Positions 22,501 through 34,800 of a stretch of 64,000 nucleotides of DNA are shown one piece after another. Numbering within the stretch: position 1 is the first letter of the stretch; the number at the start of each line of letters is the position of its first letter. This DNA is from Aplysia californica (lineage: Eukaryota): assembly GCF_000002075.1 (NCBI RefSeq), contig NW_004797496.1, positions 969,120 through 1,033,119 on the forward strand, given 5' to 3'. Made by a program: the position numbers and the translations under genes. The notes under the pieces are model-generated. The model did not search any database and had not been told where the DNA came from. It saw only the letters and a list, made by a program, of their open reading frames with translations.

Positions 22501-25500
22501 ACTTCATAGCGAATTGTGTGCCGGATGGATAAAATTGTAAAATTACAGCCTTCTATTATATGCGCAGATACCATCTTTTCTGAGTATCTGCACCAATGTT
22601 ATGTCGTTCATGTTCCAAAAGTTTGACAGATTTTGACAATGCCTTTTTTTATATTGTTTTTTTTTCATTCATGCTGGTCCAAAAAAAATTACCATTTAGC
22701 ATTGCCGACTCCAGCGCGTCTAACGAAATAACCAGACAAGTTACAACGTCCGTTCTTTTTTTAAGTCTCAAGAGCATAAATGCGTGCTTTGGGTGCACTA
22801 AATGAGAATTACCATAAATACAAGGATACACCTTAAATTGTACGTTGAAAAGTACCAAAAATTAGGTCGGCCCAGATAGAGCGGCGACAGGGAGCTGACC
22901 CCCGTGACCCCGACGTGATAAGGCGCCCGGCGGGGAACCCCCTTCAGCAACTAAAATTCCACTGCCGGTGCGCCGTGTTCTGTGCTTAAAGTCCAACTCT
23001 ATTGTGTCTTCTTTGCGTTGAATAAAGGATTTAAAAGTAATATGCACTTAATTCATCCTACATATGAAAGGTTTTTTGCCCAATAACCTGTCCACATGTG
23101 TACAAATCCTCTTCGTATTGGCAGTTGATTGGCTGATGAAAGAAACCACCAGAGGACATAGAAATGGTATACAGCTGACCCCGGAAAATCAAAGGTCCTA
23201 AGGAGAGATGCACAAGGAAAGAAGCAGGTTACAATAGATGGAAATGCTCTAGAAGATGTTGTATACTTCTGCTATCTTGGGAGTATAATTGACAGAGAGG
23301 GAGAAACAGGTGTTGAAGTAAAGTCGCGCATTGGAAAAGCACAGACTGCTTTCATATCTTTGAATAGGATTTGTAAGACCAGATATCTCACTTAAAACAA
23401 AACTGAGGATTTTTAATTCAAATGTGAAGTCAGTCTTGTTGTACGGATGTGAGACATGGAACGCATCACAGACTTGCATAAAAGAGGATCCAGTTTTCTT
23501 GAACAAGTATCTAAAAATTTACTGAGGATGAGATGGACAGACAGGGTCACCAACAAGGAAGTGTTAAGGAAAACAAGACAGATCCTAGTCATAGATGAGG
23601 TAGGAAGAAGGCAGTGACGATGGATTGGACATACTCTCAGGAAGTCAGGCAGCTGCAAAACAAAAAAAGTGTTGGATTGGAATCCGCATTGTAAAAGATC
23701 AAGGGGAAGACCTTGTGGAACATGGAGAAGAATCACTGAAATGTATGTACAGAAAACTGGGAGGACATGGAATAACATCAAGAGGCTAGCCCACAATAGA
23801 GAAATGTGGAAAGTGTTTGTCCATGGCCTATACCCTGGTGCAGGGTGAGAAAGGCAATGATGATGTGTACAAATATATGCAAAATCATGTAAGCCTATTC
23901 TTGCATAGAAAATAGCAATATAAGAAGAATTTGTTTGAACTAATGCACCATGTTACTGGTGCTAATCAATAGAGTACTCTGCCTTGTTTCTTTTGCAATA
24001 TATTTCTGTTTTGATCAAGTTCCTTGAATGGCTTGAATTTTTTATTTTTGGGATGTCTACAGTAGGTCCTACTCCTTTTCGATCACCCTGTTGTTTCTTT
24101 CTCTGGTCTTTTTTTCTTTTTCTTTTTCCCAGCTCTTACTGGTGTTTTTTGTGTCGATATGCTTCTCTTTCATCAAACGAACATGTATTTGTCATTGATT
24201 TTGATAAGACTTTTGTTTCTTCACAGCGGTGGGAGTCGCGTGGGGGCGGCGGCACAGAAGGAGTCTGACTTTGTGGCCGATATGTATAACATGAAGCACA
24301 AGAACCGCGGCATCGCTGTCATATTCAACAACAAAGTCTTCCACAGACGCCTACAGATGGGCGATCGGCAGGGCACAGATGTAGACTGTGAGAACATGTA
24401 TAACCTCCTCAGTACAATGGGCTTTGATGATATCAGGACTTTCCATGACTCAACTGTTAAGGAAATGAGACAAGAAATGCAGCAAGGTTGGACATTCCTG
24501 CTTTCTTGGCTGATGTGATGCTATGCTTCATTTTAGAAATTAGAAAATAATCTACAGCACTCTCTACCTAAGAATGGGGTTTGACAGAGAATCTGGCCCA
24601 TCAAAGAATATACTTTTTTTGTCTCCTGATGACTGCGTTTTTAGATAGAGACCACTTCATAAACATATTTGTATGTATACAAGCCATTCTCAAAAGGAGA
24701 TCTGGGCCGGAGTAACTTTTTTCCTTCACTTATATTGTGGCAAACAACGTAAAAAGAGATATCATGTGAGGCTTTTTCAATGAAAACATGACCAAATAGG
24801 TACTGACTAGAAGAACATTAGCTCAAGTACACCACTCACTTTACAAGATAGTGTCAAAGATTTGAATTGTAGTGCGTTTTTTATGTTTATTTTTATAGCT
24901 TGGTCATGTAGGTGTCTTTTAGCAGGTTCTGTTGTGAATACCAAACCAATTGGACACTCAAAGGGTAATCAGGGTTGATAAAATAAGGTGCCACTGCCAA
25001 AACTCAGTTTAGAAAATGTTCTTATTGTAATCTCAATATGTTCCCTTTAGATCAGAGGGATTAAAATGTGTGATCTACACCTGTACCTTTTTACGGCCAG
25101 TTTAGAAAATGTAATATCAATATCCTATAAGTCAAAGAGATTAAAATGTGTGATCTTCACATGTACTCTTGTAAGGCATCGCACATTGTTTTTCTGAAGG
25201 AATGTTTGATCAAGAGTATATAAACCATACAGTAGCAGTCATTATCAATGCCTTCCGCCCCTGGCATGGTATAGGTCACATAAAAGCTCGTTCCGTTTAT
25301 CTCTGTCCTGGGCCATCCTTCCAAGCTCGTTCCAAGTGAGCTTCAACTCTCTCATGTCCCTTTCCACACATCTCCTCCATGTTTCCCGTGGCCTGCCCCT
25401 GCCTCGTTCTCCCTGTGGGTAGAACGAAGTAAAAATATAAAACGTCGAACCTACTCTAACGGCCATCTAGGATAAGACAATCACCTGTACAAATGGCCAC

Positions 25501-28500
25501 TTCTTATATTTCCTCCTTTGCGTATTTTTTGCTCAATAATGACACTGTGTAAGATGGCCACCTCCCTAATAGGGATACTTTTCTCCTCAACAATGGGTGG
25601 CTGCCTTGGATCGTTTCGACTGTATATCATCTTGAATGACATTTAATAATCTGGTGTTTTCGATATTAAAAATTAAACTGTTAAACGTATGTCAAGGTCT
25701 ATTATTAGTATAAAATTTCGAGAACAGGAGTTGAAGTTCAAGAGAAGTTTAGAAATGGATCATCTTTCCTGAGAAATCTGTTGCCCTCACTAATCCATTG
25801 TTCTGACCTCAATCTGTTCTCATGGTGTTTGTTAAGTGCTCTGGTATGGGCTTCTCCTTCTTTCCTATCAAACATCTAGATCTATTGTTCTTGTTAAATC
25901 TCTCCTCCTTTTTTTATTTTTATGGTACTCTAAAATAACACCCAATCTTCTGCACTTTTATACTTGTGTTTCAAATGTCTTAAAACACTATTTAAAACAA
26001 CAAAAAGATGTCTGGGATGCTGTATCCCTCTCAGCGTGGGTTGACCCTGACAGGTAAGGGTTAGAAGCCCGCCTCCCAAATATTCTAAATTGTGTTGATA
26101 GGGGCATAAAAACATATACATTTAAAGACGAAATTTTTTAATGAATTGATTACTGGTGCTGTCACTAATCTGTTGCTGTCATCACAATTTGTTTCTCCCT
26201 CAGTGTCAAAGGAGGACCACACCCAGAACGACTGTTTTGTTTGTGTGATTCTGAGCCACGGGAAGGAGGGATATGTCTTTGGACAGGACGACAAGGTCCC
26301 CATTGATGAGCTGGTTTTGCCCTTCAAAGGAAACAACTGCCCATCGTTAGGTGGAAAACCCAAGCTCTTTTTTATACAGGTACAGTTGATATGCTTTGTA
26401 TGTTAAATTAATGGTAATGTACTACCTTTCTAAAGAAGAGTTTGTTTGGTGTTTTTTAAATTTTGATTCTAATTCTTTTTTTTAAGGGGAGGGGGGTTAA
26501 TTGAAGTGAGAAGCTGGGGATTTTTTGTGTATGTCTGTGTGTGTGTGTTGAGCGAGTTTGACAAAAAGGATAAATCTGGGTGAGTTTGGTTTTATTTTCA
26601 GTTTTATAAATATTTGATTTGAAATGGACAAATAAGATATCTGGATCATGGAACCATGCTTTGAAAAACTTTGAATTATTCTTCCTTGGCAGTTCTAAAA
26701 TCGAAAACAGTAAGCCTCTCTGCTCTGGCAATACCCAGTTTTCAAAATTAATTCTTACACATAACCAAAGCCACTCTAGTGTGGGTAAATATTGAGACCA
26801 CGCATGGGTTAATATTGAGACCACGCATGGGTTTTTGGGGTCCAGTTTGGGGCCTGACAATGTTTAAGTGTTTTAAGAAACTTCCCTTAACAAATTATAT
26901 GCTGAATCAAATGGAAATACTTCCTATTTCAAAGAGATAGCTCCATAAAGTCTGTTTCATAGCTCCATAAAGTCTGTTTCATTTAATTGTTAGCCAATGC
27001 TTTATTGAAATTTTAAATGCTTTGCACATTTTCTCTAAATGCTCATTTAATGATTTTAAAAGCTAAAAATTAAAAAAATGACATCAAACGTAAAGACGTG
27101 AAATTTAGAGGGTAAGTGCTACTTGTCATTTCAAATAAAGTGACTCTAGCTTTTTTTATGTTTTTCATTATTTTTTTGGGTTGTAATTTTGACTATTTCT
27201 TCTATTTTCTATCTAATATGCTAGTCCTTTAAAAGTGATAAAACTACTTATATACAATTTCAAGAAAAGCTAGTGTTATTTTCTTAGTATCTGTATACTG
27301 ATTATTAATACGTGAGGCATCGTGGTCAAATTCAGGCGCTCGTCAAAATACTGAAATCGAAGAAACTGGCATTTTTCTTCTGGTGTGGCAATTTTTATAC
27401 TCCATATGCTCAAAAATTAATGAACACGTGATTCCACCACGTCATGACACATGTGTAATTATTTCATAGACAGCATGGGTAGTTTGGGGATTTTTAGTTT
27501 TGAAAATGATCCTTCAGATTACGTAGTTTCGCTCTGATATTTGCAATTTTAATGATTACTTAACTGAGAATGATTCTCAAAACTGAATATATTTTTTTAT
27601 ATTTGAATGGAATACTTTGTAAAAAATGAGAGAAAAACGGGAAAAAATCATTCATTTGTAGATTTTGGTACCAAGAAGTAGTGTGCGGCATTAACAGTAC
27701 CTTTGAAAATGACAAGTGGCTGCCTGTCAGACGGGATGATTTAACGCTCTATGCAGAGATAAAAGGGAGGGGGGGGAGCTCTCGTGGCCTAGAGTTAAGG
27801 TGTTGACCTCTCATTCAAAGGTCCCAGGTTCGAATACGGATAGCGACCGAAAAATTTTCTTCTCTACAGTGATCTCCTTTCATCTCCTTTCTTGCTCTCT
27901 AGCAATGTTCTGTCGTCTGCCTTTGTCTCCTCTTTCTGCCCCCACCCCCTCACCTCCTTTGCCCCCTTCTCAATAGTGCACTGTACTGTCCTCTTGGCAG
28001 GCTTGTCGAGGAACTGACCTGGATTCTGGGGTAGAGGTGAGCGACGCCGCTCCGGATGAGGAGGAAAGCATGGAGGAGGAGGTGGTCATGCGGAGGATCC
28101 CAACGGAAGCTGATTTCCTCATGGCTTATTCTGTTGTTCCAGGTGAGACTTTTATGTTCTCATGGCTTATTGTGATGTTCCAGGTGAGACCTTTTTGTTC
28201 TCATGGCTTATTCTGTTGTTCCAGGTGAGACTAACTGGTGCCCAATGAAATAAAAAAAGAACTTCGGAGAAACATGAAACCCCGAAAGGCATAAACTATA
28301 CTACAGTGGCTGAGAAGACCGCCATGAATATGGAGTTGGAATATTCATTCATAAAAAACTGAATGCCGTTCAGGGTTGCCGACTAGTTTCCTGTCGACTC
28401 ATCGCCATACACTTGAAAGCATCACCATTCAATATCACTGTCATTCAAGCATATGCACTAACAGCAGAACATGATGATGAAGAAGTGGAGGAATTCTTCT

Positions 28501-31500
28501 TCCTACTCCAAGAAGTACTGGGCGAAACACCAAAAAAGGATAGGTGGTACAAGGCCACTAAAATTCTAAGATTGGGGAAGATGGAGCGAAAGACTGGGAA
28601 GGAAGCTGCGGACCCTACTGCAATACCAACACCAATACATAAGGCATCAAGGAGATGGACGTGGTGCTGCCCAAGTGGAGATTTACGTTACATCAGATAG
28701 ACTACATCATGGGCAAGCGTCGCTTTCAAAGCAGTGTCAACATTGCCAAGACCAGAAGTTTTCCAGGAGCAGACGTTGGCAATGATCACAACCTTGTCAT
28801 AATGACATTCTCACTTCGTCTTAAAAAGTGCAGGAAACAAGGAATCACCCAGATCAAGTTCAACCTTGAAAGACTCAAAGACCCAACCATATAAAAATAT
28901 TTTCAAACTAACTTAGGAGGAAAGTTTGCTCCACTCCTAGCGCTAAATCAAGATGATACAGAAGTTGACTCCCTTACAAACACTTTCAACACCGTCATGA
29001 CAGAAACAGAAAATCAGCTCCTGTGGAAACATTGCGTGAAAAGAAGCCCTGGGTCACAGATGACATCCTTGACCTATGTGAGAACAAGAAAAGGGAACCA
29101 GAAGGTGCAAAAGAATACAGAGACGAATCTGCACGTGAAAAGGGGAATGAGAGGAGCTAAGGAGAAGTGGATTGAAGAATAGTGTGAAGAAATAAAAAAT
29201 AGAAGACAGCTTGAATCAAAACAACAGTAAAAAGGCTTACCTATCATCAAAGATCTCACAAGTACCAAACTAGGGTGGACCACTTCAATACAAAGTAAAG
29301 AAAGGAAATGTCTAACGGAGGAACAAGAAGTTCAGAACCGGTGGACAGAATATTGCTCTGAACTGTACTCCCACAAAACCACAGGAGATCCAAGAGTGCT
29401 CAATGTCTCCCAATCACAAGATAATAACAAAAGCAATATCTTAAGAGAAGAGATAGTAGCAGCAGTCTCATCACGGAAGAAAGGGAAATCAGTTGGAATA
29501 GACAACATCACAGCAGAAATAGTCCAAGCAGGTGGAGACTCTGTGATAGACTTGCTATGGATAATCTGCAACAAGATCTGGCAGACAGGCGAATGGCCAA
29601 CCCAATGGACTCAATCCTTGATCATCGCCCTTCCCAAGAAAGGCAATTTTCAACAATGCCAAAACTATCTTGACTGTTAGCCTGATTAGCCATCCTAGTA
29701 AAGTAATGCTTAAAGTCATTCTCAACAGACTGAAACCACATACAGAGAAAATCATAGCAAAAGAACAGGCAGGCTTCAGGACAGGGCGCAGCTCTGCTGA
29801 ACAAATATTCAACCTGAGAATCATCATGGAAAAGTACTTCCATCACCTGCAGGAGCTTCTCCAAGTATTTGTGGACTTCAAAAAAGCTTTTGAGAGAGTA
29901 TGGCAGGAAGCTTTGTGGGCAACCATGAACTTATACAATATCAACACCAACCTGATCAAAGTCATAGAAAAGCTGTACTTCAAAGCTACGAGCGCAGTCT
30001 TTTTCAACAACTTTGGGGAATGGTTCCAAACAACAGTGGAAGTGCGCCAGTGTTATCTGCTCTCACCTACTCTTTTTAACATTTTCTTGGGGAAGATCAT
30101 GACAGATGTTCTTGGAGATCACGAAGGAACAGTCAGTGGGGGCAAAACGATTAATAACTTACGTTTTGCAGACGACATAGACAGCCTTGCGGGACAAGAG
30201 CAAGAATTGGTCAGCTTGGTAGACCGTCTTGAAAAGACCTCCGCAGCCTACAGCATGTAAATCAACACTGAGAAGACCAAACTGATGTCTAACAGCTACA
30301 GGAACATCACAGTGGACATCCAGGTCAACAACCTGAGGCTTGAGACCGTACGCAGCTGCTTCAAATACCGGAGTGCAATAGTGACTGATGAAGGATCAAA
30401 GCGAGAAATAATCTCCTGAATAGTGCGTACTTCAGCCACAATGACCAAGTTGAAAACCATCTGGAATGACAGAAATATCACCGTCAGATCAAAGATCAGA
30501 CTGATGTATTCCTTGGTCATGTCAGTATTTTTGTATGCATGTGAATCCTGGACCTTGAATGCCAACCTTGAAAGAAGGATCATAGCTGTGGAGATGAGAT
30601 TTTTCCTAAAAATCCTTGGTATCTCGTACAAAGATCACATCACAAATGATTAAGTTAAACAACGGATCAAAAATGAAATTGGTCCATATTCTGACCTTCT
30701 CACTTTGGTCAGGAAACACAAAATGCAATGGTATGAACACATCACCTGTTCATCCAGCCTTGCCAAGATGATCCTGCAAGGCAGCGTCCAGGGAAAAAGG
30801 AGCAGAAGCAGACCGAAGAAAAGTTGGGAGAACAACATCAAGGAATGGACAGGCCTGGAATTCAAAGACACGCTCAGGAAAGCTGAAGACCGGAAGGAGT
30901 GGAGGAAGCTGGTGGCCAACTCTTCAGAAGCGCCTCGATTGACATCCAGTCTATGGGATAGGTGAAGGTGAATAAGAACACTGTCCAAGATGATGTTGAC
31001 CTGTCTACCACAACTATTTTTCTTCACGAGCATGGATGGCTGCCTTGGACAATTTCGCTTGCATTTGATGTTTCAAGCAAATACCCTTCTTCAACACAGC
31101 TTGTACTACTTGTAGCTTAGACAATTTATTTGATGAAATTATAAAGTTCTGTTGCCAGTTCTGAAAACAAAAGACTGACTCTGATCTACAGTTTAAGCCA
31201 ACTACTCCACATTTTTTCATGCATGCGAAAGTATCTACCATTTTCTTTTTCTTTGCCTACTTCATTAGGAGTCCCTTTGATAGTCCTGTCCTTCTTCTTA
31301 CTTTATACTTACTGACTTTTTACTTTTTCATCCTCTGTTGCCGTAAAGCGTCGAGGGGAGATGCAGTTTTCTTTGGTAGGCCAGCTCCACAGCTCTTTCA
31401 GTTGTGATGTTATGTTTTCTTAGGGTTTCTTACTTTATAATTGTCGCTATTATTGAAGCCTAAGTTATCTTGCCTGCTCCTTTTCTGTGTGAGAAAGTTA

Positions 31501-31832
31501 TGTTTTTTTAAGTGTGTTTTACGCAACCGCAACTACTGGATGTTGTGTTTCGAAAAGTGTGTGAAGTTCAAAATAAGAATTTGTCTCATTCCTTTTGAAC
31601 AGGATATTTTGCGTGGAGAAACTCAAGCCGTGGTTCATGGTTTGTTCAGGCCATCTACGACGTATTCTCGGAGCACTGGGAGAAAATGGATGTCCTCTCC
31701 ATGATGACTAGGGTCAACAAGAAAGTGGCTTATGACTTCCCATCCAACGCCAGCAAGGAATTCATGAATCGGAAAAAACAGATCCCATGTATCACTTCAA
31801 TGCTCACCAAAGATGTCTATTTTAAAGGATGA
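16545..31832 (+). CDS. Caspase B: canonical caspase-3/7-like effector caspase, 293 aa, 6 coding exons: 16545-16554, 21079-21142, 24227-24486, 26204-26379, 28001-28142, 31603-31832
   Basis: GT-AG introns, phases consistent (10+64+260+176+142+230=882 nt). Prodomain MDMDTVDALGEPTESDVVDA (two DxxD sites); YNMKHKNRGIAVIFNN, RQGTDVD, CVILSHG, GKPKLFFIQ|ACRG, EVSD|A linker, IPTEADFLMAYSVVPG|YFAWRNSSRGSWFVQ, KKQIPCITSMLTKDVYF. Confidence 0.95.
18385..20649. mobile_element. Degenerate unclassified DNA transposon in caspase B intron 1
   Basis: Motif GTAACACACG(T/A)AAC recurs in both orientations (about 18538, 18703-18753, 20235-20272, 20445, 20624) around a decayed coding-like interior; left end probably lost in the N-gap. 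Confidence 0.5.
23130..23865 (+). mobile_element. 5'-truncated degenerate LINE fragment (RT C-terminal region)
   Basis: FCYLGSII..EVKSRIGKA..KLRIFNSNVKSVLLYGCETW..RWTDRVTNKEVL; ends in (TGA)n. Confidence 0.85.
25243..25400 (-). mobile_element. Short LINE 3' fragment
   Basis: PQGERGRGRPRETWRRCVERDMRELKLTWNELGRMAQDR, typical of an RTE-type ORF C-terminus. Confidence 0.75.
27773..27975 (+). mobile_element. tRNA-headed SINE, family 2 (partial)
   Basis: Head GCTCTCGTGGCCTAGAG..GGTTCGAAT, nearly identical to 17830-17900; body related to about 6790-7100 (-), 50420-50795 (-) and 58595-59010 (+). Confidence 0.7.
28118..28231 (+). repeat. 41-bp tandem repeat (about 2.8 units) spanning the caspase B exon 5 splice donor
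   Basis: ctcatggcttattctgttgttccaggtgagac... starts at 28118, 28159 and 28200; each unit has CAG|GTGAGA. Confidence 0.95.
28260..30972 (+). mobile_element. Degenerate RTE-like non-LTR retrotransposon (APE endonuclease + RT) in caspase B intron 5
   Basis: Fragmented ORFs: NITVIQAYA..HDDEEVEEF, QIDYIMG..DHNLV (endonuclease), QAGFRTGRS, VFVDFKKAF, LSPTLFN, NLRFADD (RT), YACESWTL, GSVQGKRSRSRPKKSW; many stops and frameshifts; ends in (GGTGAA)2. 5' boundary approximate. Confidence 0.9.
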
Positions 31833-34800
31833 GTGAAAAATGTTTGTTATGTGGTTTTTATTTTATGGTGCCTTTTATTATTGATTTTGTTTGCACGAAT
31901 AGTGTGTAACTGCACTAAAACAAAAAATTAAAAAACTGAAGTAATTAATGTACATCCATATCAAGAAATTAAAATTGGGCTTGACTTCAATGTTAAAAAG
32001 ATTTTTTCTTTTAATTAACCATTTCCTGTTCATAGTCAATGGTTGTATGATGTTATGATGTGGATTGGCACTCAAGAAGGGGACATGCAACCCCCCAAAA
32101 AAGTTTCAACAAATTCTCTGCTCACATTCTTTGCCAACAGTGGCCACCCATTTGTTCAGTTTCTTGTGCACTAAACATCCTTAAAGTGTTCATATTTCTT
32201 GCGTTTACTACAAGTAAAAGTAAATTCTGATGTACTTTTCATTCTAGAAATAGTAACAAGGCTGCAGTTTAACGTCAGTGATGTGTAATTGATCATAGTC
32301 AAATTCACCATTGAGGAAGTATCACTTGAGCAACAAGGCATGTGGCTGGATTGAACATTTTTTCTGGGCTTGTATTGGCCGGCTTGAACAGGAAAGGGTT
32401 AAAATAGAGGAAATTGTTCGTCGCATGCTATTTCTTGCACTGAAAACATCCCGATTTTTTTTGCTCAGAATTTGTAAGGTGCCAAGTGCAGTGAAAAGAG
32501 AAAAAAAAATTAGATAAAAAAAAATAACCCAGTTGAAATTGTCAAGTACAGGCACCCATATAAAGGAAAAAGTGGCTGTCTTAGACAGGTGGACATCTTG
32601 GATGGCCTCATTATGATACAGGCCTATGTAAGGCAGCGTGGGGAAATCAGGTGCTCTTCAAAATACAGAAATCGGAGAGACTGGCTTTTTCCCGCCAGTT
32701 TGAACATTTTTATCGAATTGTTATTTTTGGCTCAGCCGTCAACCTCTTGTATGTCTGTATAAAAACACATTTTCTTGTGAATGTTACTGAAAATTATTGA
32801 TTAAATGCTCAAAATATGTCGTTTTTCTGTTTTCAAGGACTCTTTAGCTATTAGAGTTACCGGTACCAAACTTTGGCGGCCATTTTCTCGCTTAATTCAC
32901 CACTGAAACCAGGTTACCTGCTTCCTTCAATCGCAATATCTCGAGTTCTATTCAAGATAGATGGATATCTATTTCATTGCAAGCAAGGCAAATAAATCAG
33001 CTTTCAGTATGTATGTAGTATGGGTTTTACGGCGCTCGCCGTCAGATGATACCATAATTCCCCATGCTCAGAAATTGACGAGCGCCTGATTCCACTGTGT
33101 CACGACACATATATAGAAAAAAAAACTTGAGGGGGGGCGGGGGCGGGGGAGAGTAGGGAGTGGCAGTTTGTACAGTTGATTGTCTTAATAAAGTTAATAA
33201 AGTGGCTGTTAGAGTAGGTTTGACTGTACTTTTTAAGAGTGTATAATAAATATATTTGCTCTTGATCGACTGTTTTATTTTGCTCTTTCTCACCCTTCCC
33301 TCGTGGAAAGAGAGAAAAAGAAAGAATGAAAAGATTCAATGAGCACTCAGTTTTACTTCCTCCTTACTGCTGTAGTTTTTTTCTGTATAAATGTTTTCGC
33401 AAAGTTCAAGTGTATAATTTTTTTTAAATGTTGGGGTTCAATGATATTTTTATTTAGTATTTTGTTTCGATGTAGTACTATGCTTTTCAATTTTGTGTGA
33501 TGCTTTTCCTATTGTATTCTGCTGAACTCTTTGTTTTTTTATCACCAACGTGCTATGAGAGTGGCCACAGTCAGATGAAGACCCAAGTCAAACCGACCCA
33601 GAATGGCATTCCTTTTACAATTACCTATCACCACATCATAAAACAGTGGTAACATATTTCCAAGATTAGTTTTAAAAAATCAATACTACAGCTCGAGTCA
33701 ATAAAAGACATGAAATTAACCCCTTGACTGATAGCCATAAGCCCTCCGCGTTTGCTAAGGAAATTTCCCCAGTGGCTGTGTATGACACAATCTCCTTTTT
33801 GAATGGCTATAGCTCGCTTACTAATAAAGGCTAGATATAGCAAAGTGAATATCAAATAAAAGAGAAATGAACCTAAAATCCATTGGTGTTCATAATTTTT
33901 AGGTATAACTATTCTGTAGAAGAATTTGGCAGGTGAATGTTAGACTTTTAAAAATTCCATCTCCATGTTCGAGGTCCTTGTCATCTTGGAGATTAGATCT
34001 ATGACAAAAAACTTTTTTCAGATGAATTGAAATCTTTGTCATCACTGTCTGCATCTTGATAAATTTCTGCAATAACCTGATCCGTAGACCTAGTCAACCT
34101 CTGCAAAGCCATCGTGGCGAATGTAGAGTGCTCACAAAAACCTCAGAGAGGCAGACTGACTTCGTCATTCGCGCACAGTTTACTACACACCGTGTCTCTT
34201 TGTTTTAGCTACCTCATGGGAATCCCGGGACTAACCGCCTAAAAATGAACATGATTTCATCTGCAAGTGGACAGATAATGCAGGGATGTAACTCTTGTTA
34301 TTCAAAACTAGAAGCGAAGATATGTACGAAACAATTTTGGGATTTTTTTTCAGGAGTACCAGGTACGCCCACAATGCACACAGGAGGGAATTGGGAACGC
34401 CCACAGAGCAGGCCAGGGTTTAAGGAAGTTGTTTAAAATAGTACAAAACATTGATAAATGGCATAGGCTGTTATATGGTATCACGTTGATGGTATTGCAT
34501 TAAATTATAATTATATTCAGCATTCTTTTTGTGTCTGGAATTGATGGTGTATTTCTGAGCGAGGAGATCATGCATGAAGTGATTGTACTATGAGATTTGT
34601 GCGTGCCTTTTCTTTATATTTCGCCTATTACTGTTACTATGTTGTTAACATGGACACTGGAGTTGTTTTAACAAATTTATTTTGCGAGAAAGTCTGTTAT
34701 AGAGGCATGCTTAACATATATTATTGGTGTCAGGCGTTTTTGTGCTGAGCCTGAGGTTCATAAATGTCATCCCTTTTGTACTGTTGTGGGACATAATGCT

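Noticed and set aside
29670-30260. 196-aa reverse-transcriptase ORF as a functional or domesticated gene
   Set aside because: Part of a LINE with numerous stops and frameshifts on both sides.
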